IMG/VR virus record: IMGVR_UViG_3300011712_000002
Length of the DNA: 64,000 nt
Direction: 5' to 3' (one strand)
Source of the DNA: an uncultured virus (IMG/VR IMGVR_UViG_3300011712_000002)
Lineage: Duplodnaviria; Heunggongvirae; Uroviricota; Caudoviricetes
Positions 29,204 to 39,400 of this stretch are shown here, in pieces. The translations under genes were made by a program, and so were the position numbers. The notes under the pieces were generated by a model that saw nothing but the letters and a program-made list of their open reading frames with translations, ran no database searches and was not told where the DNA came from. Each line of letters starts with the position of its first letter. The stretch's first letter is position 1.

Positions 29204-32200
29204 TTACATCAATCCCATTCGTACTCGAAGACGTCCATTCTCGTCATACACTTCGATTCGGTTATTGTTGATCACCATGCGGCCGGTGCTTCCGCTGTTG
29301 CCATTCATCTCGAAGGCACCTCCTTTTGCAATACGCCAACCAGTCCTTCCCGAAACGTAGTTAGTGGACTGCAAATCCCCAATTTTGGCATTCACGATTG
29401 TGCCGTCTTTGATATATGCGCCATTCATGTAGGCAACACTGTTTTGCACCACAAACGGCGTGGTTACCTTGCCATCGACGGAATTAACCAAACCGAAGCG
29501 GTCAGCGCGAATCAGGAACTGTGACAGCCCTGATCCGTCGATCCCCAGCGCCATGCCAGCAGCATACTTTTGGCCGTTTGAGGTGGAGGTCTCCATCTTC
29601 AACGTCCAAGATGCAGAAACCTTAGAGTTCACATTAGCCACGGCTTGAGAAGTCTGCTGGACGGTAGATGATGCCGAATCAGCCTTGGCACTAACCGTAT
29701 CCACTCGCTTGCCCAATGCTGTATCTGCATTAGCGCGCGCTGTTTGCTCAGAGGTCACTGACGACTCAATCTTCCCGGCTCTGGTTTCAAGCGCCGTGAT
29801 GTCACTGGCCATAGCCGAATCGGCATCAGAGCGAGCTTTCGTTTCTGTAGCAATAGCCGCCTTAATGTCAGCCGCAGTCTGCGTTTTTAGGGACGTAATC
29901 TGGCTTCCTAGCGCAGTATCGCCATCGGTACGGGCTTTTGTCTCAGTAGCTACCGCGGCTTTAATATCTGCTGCCGTTTGCGTCTTAAGAGAGCTAATTT
30001 GGCTACTGAGTGCTGAATCACCGTCAGTTCTTGCTTTAGTCTCAGTGGCCACCGCAGCTTTAATGTCGGAAGCCGTCTGGGTTTTCAATGACGTAATCTG
30101 ACTGCCCAATGCGGTATCGCCGTCTGTTCTGGCTTTAGTCTCCGTGGCTACCGCTGCTTTGATGTCGCTGGTAGTCTTGGTTGCCAGCGTATCAACTTTG
30201 GTACTGATTGCGGTGTCACCATCAGTTCGTGCCTTAGACTCAGTTGCGATCTGGGCGGTCACATCGTCATTAACTTGCGCGCTGAGTGCGGTAATTTGAC
30301 TTGATAAGGCACTATCTTTATCCGCGCGCGTCTTGGCCTCCGCTGCGATCTGCGCTTTAACGTCAGTATTAACCTGCGACTGCAGATTTGTGACCTGCTT
30401 CGACAAAGCGCTATCAGCGTCAGCACGAGCTTGCTGCTCGGTTGCCAACGATGCTTTAACATCATCGTTAACTTGGGCCTTCAGCTGGGTGATTTGAGTA
30501 GTGACCGCCTCATCAGCGCTGGCGCGGGTCTCCCTTTCTTCCTGCAGCTGCGCGGCGATGTCATCACCGATTTCAGCTTTCATCTCATCGACACGCTTGG
30601 CCACCGAGGAAACAGAATCTGTCAAAGCCTGCTGGCTGGTGGTAACCGATGCGTTAGTTGACGCCTGCTGCTTTTTGTCTTCTTCCTGACGAAGTGCCAG
30701 ATCGATGTTCGCTTTAGCATTTGCCTCCAGACTGGTTGACCATTGTGATGCTGATTTCTCAACGCTGGCCACCGTCTGTTTCATTTCATCAATGTTCGCC
30801 TGGCCGGTGTCCACCACTGACTGCAAGGTTTCCACTTTTTTGCCGATCGCTGTATCACCATCAACACGAGCCTGTCTCTCTTCGGCGATAAGCGTTTTAC
30901 TTCCGTCCAAAGCTGCCTGTGCCGCATCGAGAGTGCTGGCAACGGACTCCCCCTGCTTCTTGACGGTCTCCTGAAGAGCCAAAACATTGGCGGTGGCATC
31001 GTCTACTTCACCGAGCGCCTGGCTAACTTTATCTGCCGTATCCTGAACGTTTGCCTTCAGATCACTCTGCTCTTTCTCCATGCCGTCGAACGAGTTTTGC
31101 ATGTCGATCACTGACTGCTTGACACCGGTGATGGACAGATCAATCTCATCGACTGCTTTATGAAGCTCACCTACGCTATCGTCGATTCTCTTACTAACCT
31201 CTTCAACAGCTTCTTTAGTTGCTGATTGGTCAATGTCAGCAAGAAGATCCTGCCCAAGCTCAGAAGAGGTGATTTTGTTCTTCAGGAACGACAGAACATC
31301 TTTGGTGGTAGCCTCGGTGCCGAGGGAAGAGTTTGGCTGGCTCAGCATTCCGCGCTTGTTTACTGCGCGCACCCAATAAAACCAAGTTTCGTCATCGCCC
31401 AGCCCGCTATGGGTAAAAGTCGTCGAGGCAACCGCCGCAATAAGAGACGCGGTGGTGAGATCGTTGGTGCGAGAGGCATAAACGTTAATTTTGTCGATGT
31501 CGATTGTTCCAGGCAACTGCCATGCCAGAACGTTGACGCGATAATCCCCGATCGCTGTGAGAAGAGTGGGCGCATCTGGTGGCGTCATCGTTCCAAGAGT
31601 GGTGTACACCATGGAAATGACGCTGGAACGTCTTCCCGTGGCTGAAATCGAGTACAGCTCGATGTCATACATGCCATTCTCAGCAGCGTTTAAAATATCG
31701 AACTGCTCAGTATTAACTTCTGTTGTAACCCAATCTTCAACAACATCGGAACGACGGTAACGCAGCACATACGAAGGTGACTTGCCCTCCCAACTCACCA
31801 TCAGTTTTACCGAAAGGTTGCCTGGAGAAGAAACATATGTGCCTTCGGTAACCTGCAGGTTTTCAGGGGATGAGAAAGTCGGGTCGAGAATAGTTGTCTT
31901 CGACGGAACGAGAGTCGCCCCTTCATCGATAGCGTTAAACTTCGTAGGGTTGTGCTGCACACCCACGATGTCAAAGGCGCCCTTCTCCTCATTCTGATTA
32001 ACGGCCAGCACACGCAGCAGCATTGGCTCCAGATTAGGCTCAATGACTGACCAGATACCCATAATCGCTGGGTATTCTTCTTCAGTTAATGCCTTCTTGA
32101 ATGTGACAACAGTGTATTCGCCAGTGCCTTCAATAAGGTCGCGATCAATCATCTTCCCTTTAGCACTCAGGAAAGAAATGGTGTTCCCGGCTTTAGTCAG

Positions 32201-33790
32201 TTTTACAGAAGCGTCGAGTGTGATGCTGTTTTTGGTGTAGTTTACCAGACGCCCGGAATTTCGTTTCCCTGATCGGAACTTATCTTGCAATTTCACCAGC
32301 TCGCCAGGCATGAGTAACGATGCGTCCATGCCAGAGGTGAAGGTGATCAGATCTGTTTCCATGCGGTTGCTGTAAAGCGTCCAAAGCCCCACACGGTGAG
32401 CCTGGCCACGGCTTGTACAGCCGAAAGCTACTGATTCAGTTTTACGTACACCAAAACGCTTAATACCCTCTTCATCTTCAACGTACTCGATGTTCTGCTT
32501 GTAAAGGTCATCTTTGTCGTTGTAGGTGATGAGAGCTACAGTTGCGCGGTCTTTGCGGGAAGAGCCTTTGTAAGATACTTTGCCAATGATGTTCGCAGCA
32601 CTGAACTGCATGACCGGGCTACTTGGGCTATCCTGCATGATGTTAACCATGCCACCAGCCCAGAAAATCATCCCCCGGAAAGTTGATACAATATCCTGAA
32701 GAACCTTGTACGCCTCACCACGTGAGTTAATTACGGTGTTAATTGCGAAGCGCTTCTCCTTGCCCCCGAATCCATCATTGATCAGCTCATCGCAATAGCG
32801 CCCAATCTGGTAAAGCTGGCCGATGTTGATCATTGATTCAGTGACGTACTCTCCCAAGCCATAGCGCTTACTGGTGAGCAGGTCGTACAAAATCCAGGCA
32901 GGGTTTTCAGATACCATTAAACGGAAGGTTCCATCCCAATCTCCCGAATACGTACCAAGCACCGGGTCATAGTTGGACGGAACGCGGATTTCCATACCCG
33001 AGACCAAGTAGGAACGCGCCGGCACAGAACTACCAAATTGCTGCGAGTCGATTTTAAGACCAACAAGCGCACTGTTTGGGTAGTTAAGTTTTGTGCTGAC
33101 GATTTCACCGTACTGACTGAGCCAGGTCTGATCTTGGATATAGTCAGTGGTGCTATCAGCGGTCACGCGGCTTACGCGAATGCGATAGTTTGAGCCTGGC
33201 TTGGGCAGGTCAAAAAGATATTCACGATAGTGTTTGCCGCTGGACTTTTTGCTCAGCGTAACGACATGTGAGGCATATCCTTGCGGTTTAATTGGCTTAA
33301 ACGATGTAGTGCCGTATGCGATCTCAAACTGGAATTGAACGGTCGTACCGTGGGTGTCACCCGACTTCCGATCCGTTTTGGTCAGTTTCGGGAACATCAT
33401 AATGACACGTACCTGGTCAGAATCATCGTTGTCGATCTGAATGGTACGAGGGGTAGACAGCTTGATTTGGACGCCAACATCATGCGGGGTTTCAACCGCA
33501 TCAAAGCCCTCGATCACTGCCTGATTCTGGGTTCCATCACGAAACCACCAGGTAACCCCATTAAAGTTACTGGTGCCGTCCGGGTTTAGAATTGGGACAT
33601 TGTCGAGGAAAATTGACTGGCCGCCATTGATCAATCCACCAATTTTTCCCTCACCAAGAAGGTCAAGGATTGAGGCGAGTGATCGCGACTGAACATTATC
33701 TTTGTCTTCTACAGGTGTGCGAGCGGAACCGCCGCCCTTGCTGCCACCGCCAGAACCGGCGAGCAGGCGTTTTTCTTTAACAGTTGCCAC
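29204..33790 (-). CDS. Tail-tip/host-specificity protein J
   Basis: LLGEGKIGG, YPNSALVG, NPAW, FN3-like region, DUF1983-like C-terminus; GTG start at 33790 after SD GGGAG. Confidence 0.92.
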   Translation of the reverse strand: MATVKEKRLLAGSGGGSKGGGSARTPVEDKDNVQSRSLASILDLLGEGKIGGLINGGQSIFLDNVPILNPDGTSNFNGVTWWFRDGTQNQAVIEGFDAVETPHDVGVQIKLSTPRTIQIDNDDSDQVRVIMMFPKLTKTDRKSGDTHGTTVQFQFEIAYGTTSFKPIKPQGYASHVVTLSKKSSGKHYREYLFDLPKPGSNYRIRVSRVTADSTTDYIQDQTWLSQYGEIVSTKLNYPNSALVGLKIDSQQFGSSVPARSYLVSGMEIRVPSNYDPVLGTYSGDWDGTFRLMVSENPAWILYDLLTSKRYGLGEYVTESMINIGQLYQIGRYCDELINDGFGGKEKRFAINTVINSRGEAYKVLQDIVSTFRGMIFWAGGMVNIMQDSPSSPVMQFSAANIIGKVSYKGSSRKDRATVALITYNDKDDLYKQNIEYVEDEEGIKRFGVRKTESVAFGCTSRGQAHRVGLWTLYSNRMETDLITFTSGMDASLLMPGELVKLQDKFRSGKRNSGRLVNYTKNSITLDASVKLTKAGNTISFLSAKGKMIDRDLIEGTGEYTVVTFKKALTEEEYPAIMGIWSVIEPNLEPMLLRVLAVNQNEEKGAFDIVGVQHNPTKFNAIDEGATLVPSKTTILDPTFSSPENLQVTEGTYVSSPGNLSVKLMVSWEGKSPSYVLRYRRSDVVEDWVTTEVNTEQFDILNAAENGMYDIELYSISATGRRSSVISMVYTTLGTMTPPDAPTLLTAIGDYRVNVLAWQLPGTIDIDKINVYASRTNDLTTASLIAAVASTTFTHSGLGDDETWFYWVRAVNKRGMLSQPNSSLGTEATTKDVLSFLKNKITSSELGQDLLADIDQSATKEAVEEVSKRIDDSVGELHKAVDEIDLSITGVKQSVIDMQNSFDGMEKEQSDLKANVQDTADKVSQALGEVDDATANVLALQETVKKQGESVASTLDAAQAALDGSKTLIAEERQARVDGDTAIGKKVETLQSVVDTGQANIDEMKQTVASVEKSASQWSTSLEANAKANIDLALRQEEDKKQQASTNASVTTSQQALTDSVSSVAKRVDEMKAEIGDDIAAQLQEERETRASADEAVTTQITQLKAQVNDDVKASLATEQQARADADSALSKQVTNLQSQVNTDVKAQIAAEAKTRADKDSALSSQITALSAQVNDDVTAQIATESKARTDGDTAISTKVDTLATKTTSDIKAAVATETKARTDGDTALGSQITSLKTQTASDIKAAVATETKARTDGDSALSSQISSLKTQTAADIKAAVATETKARTDGDTALGSQITSLKTQTAADIKAAIATETKARSDADSAMASDITALETRAGKIESSVTSEQTARANADTALGKRVDTVSAKADSASSTVQQTSQAVANVNSKVSASWTLKMETSTSNGQKYAAGMALGIDGSGLSQFLIRADRFGLVNSVDGKVTTPFVVQNSVAYMNGAYIKDGTIVNAKIGDLQSTNYVSGRTGWRIAKGGAFEMNGNSGSTGRMVINNNRIEVYDENGRLRVRMGLM
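29760..30570 (-). repeat. 99-bp (33-aa) tandem repeats within J
   Basis: IKAAVATETKARTDGDTALGSQITSLKTQTASD units at 99-nt spacing. Confidence 0.85.
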
Positions 33791-33942
33791 CGAAAATCTC
33801 CCTTTTTGGTGCAATTTATGTGTGATCGCTGGCATCCTGCCGGCGATTGGCTGGGCATCAACATCCTGTCAATGCCCAACTGTTTTACTTAATCTACCTT
33901 AGCCACCACCGCAAACGTCTAAGCCTGGCATAGTGTTTTGCA

Positions 33943-34572
33943 CTAAAGCATCTGCTCAACAGACATCTTGACACTGACAATCTGGGAGCCGACTAAAATC
34001 TCTTTACCGTAAATCAGCTGTACGGGGTTGCCTTGAGATACTGTATTTTGCGGCCCATCAAAGTAGTACGAGTCTTTATTGTCAACGGTCGTCATTTTAT
34101 TTGATGGCTGCTTGGACAAGAGCGCTGCAACACCACCGAAGGCCATAGCAAAACCAGCAGAAAACATTGCCAATGAAGCACCACCGGTTACTGACGATGC
34201 AAACACTGCCACAACCATCAAAATAACACCAACAACAACCTGAACCGCACCGACAACCTTTGATCCAGAGCCACGATAAATTGGTGTGATTCTGATCGAT
34301 TTCATGCTTCCGTTATTTTCCATTTGGAACTCGGCTTCACTCATATCGTAGACTGCACCATCATGACGCTCGACTGAAATATGATACTTCTGATATTTCT
34401 TAGCGTTCATCTTCATCCAAGTTACGAGACCAGGGCGATTACAGTCAATAATACTTACTGCGCGCCGGACAGTATTTGCAGCAACGCGATGAACCTTGCC
34501 AAAGTTTTTACCTAAAACTCCACCTAATTCGACAGTGACAAGTTCAGGCTTATCCATAGCCATTTCACTCAT
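33943..34572 (-). CDS. Tail assembly protein I
   Basis: LGGVLGKNFG...FDGPQNTVSQGNPVQLIYG. Confidence 0.88.
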   Translation of the reverse strand: MSEMAMDKPELVTVELGGVLGKNFGKVHRVAANTVRRAVSIIDCNRPGLVTWMKMNAKKYQKYHISVERHDGAVYDMSEAEFQMENNGSMKSIRITPIYRGSGSKVVGAVQVVVGVILMVVAVFASSVTGGASLAMFSAGFAMAFGGVAALLSKQPSNKMTTVDNKDSYYFDGPQNTVSQGNPVQLIYGKEILVGSQIVSVKMSVEQML

Positions 34573-34581
34573 TGTCTTCCC

Positions 34582-35358
34582 TCACATTAAATCCTTGTGT
34601 CTCAAATGGTGCGTAGTGTGCTTTTCGTACATCCCGCCATAAATTGCTTTACAGCTCAATCTATCCATTTGATGATGCAATATCATACCATCGCCAATGT
34701 AAACTGCACAGTGATCAGGAACTTGCGATGCTAACTGCATGAAGAAAATGTCGCCATTTTGACGTGGGGTTCCCGGTGGCAATCTTACAAGATCCTGCGA
34801 TTGGAAGTTGTCGTTTAAAATATCAACCCCCTTTTCCCACCACGATGGGATATGCAACTCAGGGCAGACGCCAATAGCCACATTTTTCTCACGCTTTAAA
34901 TAATCTCGGCACAGCAACCAGCAATCAAATACCCCAAATGCGTAAGGCCTTCCCTCATAAGGCATTTCAAATCCAGATGGCTTGATCACATTTACATCAC
35001 TAAAACGATACTCTGCATCAATTTCAGGATTGTAGTTTTTGCTGATGTTGATAATAAACCATGGCAACTCTGATGCTTCACAGCCAGACATATCTGCCTC
35101 AGACGCCTGATTATCCTCGTCAGTATGCGAATGCCAAACACCCACCACCTCGCCAGCTCTCTCCGCTGCAATTTGGTCTTCGGCGTTCATAACAAAATAG
35201 TTTTCAGGATCATCAGCGACGTTCCGGCAAACAATTAACTCATACTTGTTCGTTATTGTATTAACAAGCAGGCCGCAAGCCTCATTCGGATATTCTTGTA
35301 AAGCGGCAAGGCGCATAGAGCCAATCAGCTTTTCATTCATCATTTCATTCTTCATCAT
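34582..35358 (-). CDS. Tail assembly protein K (JAB + NlpC/P60)
   Basis: EACG, WHSH, FDCW, HCAVY. Confidence 0.9.
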   Translation of the reverse strand: MMKNEMMNEKLIGSMRLAALQEYPNEACGLLVNTITNKYELIVCRNVADDPENYFVMNAEDQIAAERAGEVVGVWHSHTDEDNQASEADMSGCEASELPWFIINISKNYNPEIDAEYRFSDVNVIKPSGFEMPYEGRPYAFGVFDCWLLCRDYLKREKNVAIGVCPELHIPSWWEKGVDILNDNFQSQDLVRLPPGTPRQNGDIFFMQLASQVPDHCAVYIGDGMILHHQMDRLSCKAIYGGMYEKHTTHHLRHKDLM

Positions 35359-36065
35359 GCGCGGTTTGCTCCGGGGAACCCGCCAAACGCAATGATGCCG
35401 TTGGCAAAGTAATTAATCCGAGCACGGCACGATGACAATCGTTTGGTGCAATAGTCGGCGCTGGCCAGTTTGGTTGGAGCGTCATTTTTGTCAAAGTAGG
35501 GGCCGGTATAACCGCACTCAGCGCTTCGATACCGCCACTGGCATGAGTTTTTGACGATCTGGCGGTTGGGTAGCATAACCCCCATCAGATCGAAGGCTGA
35601 GGCAAGCTCAAACTCAACAATCTCCCGATCCTCAAAAGTCTTCTGGTCGATGTACCACATCTCATCGGCAAAATGCTGGTTCGCGTCAGCTGTTGGGTTG
35701 CCTTCAGTAAAGTTGGCAGCATCTAAAAATCTAGCGAGAGTGACTCGACGAATCAGCTTACAGCCGATCAAATCCTCATTCGACTGCACTTCAGCCGAAA
35801 TAATTCCATCGAGGTTACTCACCTGCAGTTTTGGTCGCGGCAACTTGCCCTGGCCATTTTTATCGAAGCCCGATGCCGCAATTGGCCATGGGTTATAGGT
35901 TACCCCCTGCCAAATGATTGGCTCAGAGAGTTCGTTGGTGCCTGCGTGAAAGTACAGCTTCCCACCGCTGGTGGTTACTGACATATCCAACTCAAACACT
36001 TCAATCAGCGCACTCGGTTGCAGTGACTGAATGCTCGATGCAATAGTTTCCATTTTTACCTTCAT
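35355..36065 (-). CDS. Minor tail protein L
   Basis: CQWRYRSAECGY...C...C...FGGFPG. Confidence 0.92.
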   Translation of the reverse strand: MKVKMETIASSIQSLQPSALIEVFELDMSVTTSGGKLYFHAGTNELSEPIIWQGVTYNPWPIAASGFDKNGQGKLPRPKLQVSNLDGIISAEVQSNEDLIGCKLIRRVTLARFLDAANFTEGNPTADANQHFADEMWYIDQKTFEDREIVEFELASAFDLMGVMLPNRQIVKNSCQWRYRSAECGYTGPYFDKNDAPTKLASADYCTKRLSSCRARINYFANGIIAFGGFPGANRA

Positions 36066-36100
36066 CCTTGAAGTTTTGCCCCCATCCTTGGGGGCTTTAA

Positions 36101-36433
36101 TTACTCAAATACCTGGCGGAAAGTTGTGGTCAAGGTCGCGTACCCTCGTGAGTTTTTGACCTTATGGCTATCGCTCACCACGACAACCTTTTGCCCGTTT
36201 GGTGAAGTCCAGTTAAATGACTCCACCCCGCCGCGCGCATACAGGAAGTCGTCGATCTCCTGCATCTCAGCTCGTGTTCCCTGGAATTGCAGATCCCAGC
36301 TGGACTTGCGCCAGTTCAAACCACTGGTTACACGTTGTTCATACCCTTCGTTGAAGGCGAGCCGGGTTACTTCCGGCTTCATCTCCTTCTCGGAATCAAA
36401 CAACGGGAACCAGGTAAATGTCGTCCGTGACAT
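36101..36433 (-). CDS. Minor tail protein M
   Basis: FNEGYEQR...GGVESFNWT...FRQVFE. Confidence 0.88.
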   Translation of the reverse strand: MSRTTFTWFPLFDSEKEMKPEVTRLAFNEGYEQRVTSGLNWRKSSWDLQFQGTRAEMQEIDDFLYARGGVESFNWTSPNGQKVVVVSDSHKVKNSRGYATLTTTFRQVFE

Positions 36434-36443
36434 TACCCACTCC

Positions 36444-39400
36444 TTATTTGCTTGTACTGCTTAACATTCCGCCCGGTCTGCTTTCGTCGGTCAGCGTGTC
36501 AAGCACGACCGCCTTCACTTTGCGGGCCATATCGTTCCACTGAGAGCCGTTGTCCGATTCCTCAGATGACTTGCTGCTGCCATCACCGTAGTTCTGAACA
36601 GTGATGGAAATTGCCACACTGTCGCCGCCAGACCCTTCGCCACCACCAGTAAACGTCACCGGAATTGAACGGCCGTCTGGAAGTGGCACATACGCTTCTT
36701 TGTGACTGCCCTCGCCAAACAACGCCAGCTGCGGGGATGATGCAATACCGCCTTTGGCATACTTTTTGAGAGGAACCACACCGTCTGGACCGAATACCCC
36801 ACCCTTTGCGTGTGCCGTCACCTGGAACTGGTTGGCATTTGGCTTGACCTGGAATCCCTTGGTTCCATCCTGCACCGTGCTGGCCGAATTTCCTGTCCAA
36901 CCGGCAGAGGACATCGCGCCATACGCAGATGATGCAAGCCCCATGATGCTCGCAGCCGCACCCACATACCCCATCCACTTATTGCCTGTAGCAGCGCCTA
37001 GCGCTGAAATCGTCGCCCCGATCGCAGTTACAGCCGTGCTAGCTGACAAAGTGAATCCGCGCGTTGCAGAAGTCGCCTCTTGGGTAGAGACTGCATTCTG
37101 CGTCACCGCCGAAGTCGAGTTTTTGGTGCTGCCGGTCAGTTCGTTGAAGCCATCTTTCAGGCTTTTCAAACCTGATGACGCCAGATCCGATACTGATGTG
37201 GTCAGTGACTTGAAGGAGTTCTTCAGCCCCTCAAACATGCTGCCAGAATCATTACCGGCGCTGGTTGGTGAAGACATTGCCTCAACTGGAGAACCTGACT
37301 GCTGGGTTTTAGTGAAGCTCCCGATGACCGCATCTTTGGCTCCCGACAGCTTATCGCCCCAACTGGCACCTGAGTTTGTACCCATGCCCAGCGACTGCAT
37401 AAGCGGCTCAACAACCAGAGCCTTGGTGCTAACCTTCAACATCTCGTCAAAGATGTAATCGCCAAAATCAGCGATGCTGAACTTGCCGGTTTTGACGAAC
37501 TCGGTCAGCTTATCGGTCAGGTTTTCGAAGCAGCTCGTCCACACAGATTCCATTTGCGAGGCTACATCGCTGTATTCCTGCGCCAACTTCTGCTGGGACG
37601 TACCAACTTCGGTAATAAACGCTTTATTTCGGCCAGCCAACATTTGTGAGATTGCACGGTCGTACACCTCTTTCATGCCCTGGTCTTGTGCGTTCTTCGA
37701 CTGACTCTGGAGGTAAGCAAGGCTTTCGTTAAACTTCTTATTCCACTCGGCCGCGGCAGATTGATAATCCGGGGTGTAGCCTGAGCTGATCACCTTATTG
37801 GCCATCGGCGCGAACTTGGTAATGCTCTGCTCGGCAGCGTCTTGATTCAGCCGCTTGGAGTAGGCGTCCTTGTTCTGGTTGATGAACGCCAGCATAGTTT
37901 TGGCGTTGTCGATAATCCCCTTGGAAAGCGTATCGCTTGGCACTGCGTTAGCCATCTCAGTCAGGTGCTTGGTGACTTCCTGAATGTTCTGGTCGAACTC
38001 AACGCTCGCTTTCGATGACAGCCCCAGCTGACCGGCCATCTGCTCCGCTTTTCCGATCCACGTCTCATTGGCCTTAATTGCCTTTTGACGCGCACTCTCC
38101 TCACGCTTAGCAGCTGCCTCAGCCGATTTCCCCGCTCGCTCAGCTGCGCGCTGCGCTTTTTGCTCATCCTTCAGCTTTGCTGCGGTCAGGATGGAAGAGA
38201 TCTTCTCGCGCTGATCTGCGGTCAGCTGCTCCATCTTGATGGTTTCGCCGTAGATGGAACGCAGCTTAGTGTTGGCCTTCAGCTGGGCATCACCCATCAC
38301 AGCATCACCGGCAATATCACGCATGATTGTGCCGTCTGGATTCATTCGAGTTTGTTTGCCAGTACCGAGCTGGGAATTAACAAACAGTGAGTTCAGACGA
38401 TCATCTTGCTTTTTGGTACCGCCAACCCCGGTGTAATAAGAGCCATCCAGCATCTGCAAACCCTTGCCAGATTGCTCACGGATGTTCTTAATTTGCCCCT
38501 GGAGGCTGCTGAGTGACTCCTGCGCGGTGTTAAATGCCTGAGATTGGCCATTTAATTGACCTTGCAGACGCGAGCGATCGCTGTCATTCAGATTCGGGTT
38601 TTCCAGCAGTTTCGTAATTCGAACAACCTCTTGCCCAAGGCTATCGACGATCTTTTGGGTTTTGTCTGCCCCTTCAAGGAATGGCTTAAGATGAGCATCG
38701 CGATCGGAAGCGTTGATTGATTCCAGCTGCGCGCTTTTCTCAGAAGGAGACATTTTCTGGTCTTGCGAAAGCACCGTGCGCTTATTACGCGCATCCTTGA
38801 GAGTGGTTGTGCTGTACTGCGCCATCCCCGCTTTGATGCCGTTGTCTACGTCTTCCAGACGTTTGGTGACAATGTCGCGCGCCAGGTTCTCGTATTGGGC
38901 TTTATCACCCATACCAACGGTCTCTTTAAGCTGAGCCAACTCCTTCTGGTTTGCTTCTAACCGCGACTGAAGTGCCTTCTGATCTACGCCAATTGCTGAG
39001 GATGACAGGCCGCCACTCTTCATCGCTTCAAGAGTCTGCTGATCGCCGCTGTTCTGGCTCTCCAGTTGCTTGATACGAGCGGTCATCTGAGATCGCTGGG
39101 CGGCTGTCATCGCTTCAGGGATCTTACGAATCTCCGCCACTGTTTCGGCAGTTTTGTCACGCAGCGACGTCATAACGGCGATTAAGCCACCGACCGCTAC
39201 AGCGATCGCTGTAATGGCTGCGCCCACAGGGTTAGCCACAATCACTGCCTGGAATGCCAGCCATGCAGTGCGAACCATCTTAATGGCCTCACCTACATAG
39301 ATGATCATCGCCGCGGTACCGCCGAAATCACGGAATGTTTTAACCACACCGGCAATTACACTGATTGTTTTCGCGCCAGCGCCATTTACGACCTCAAAGG

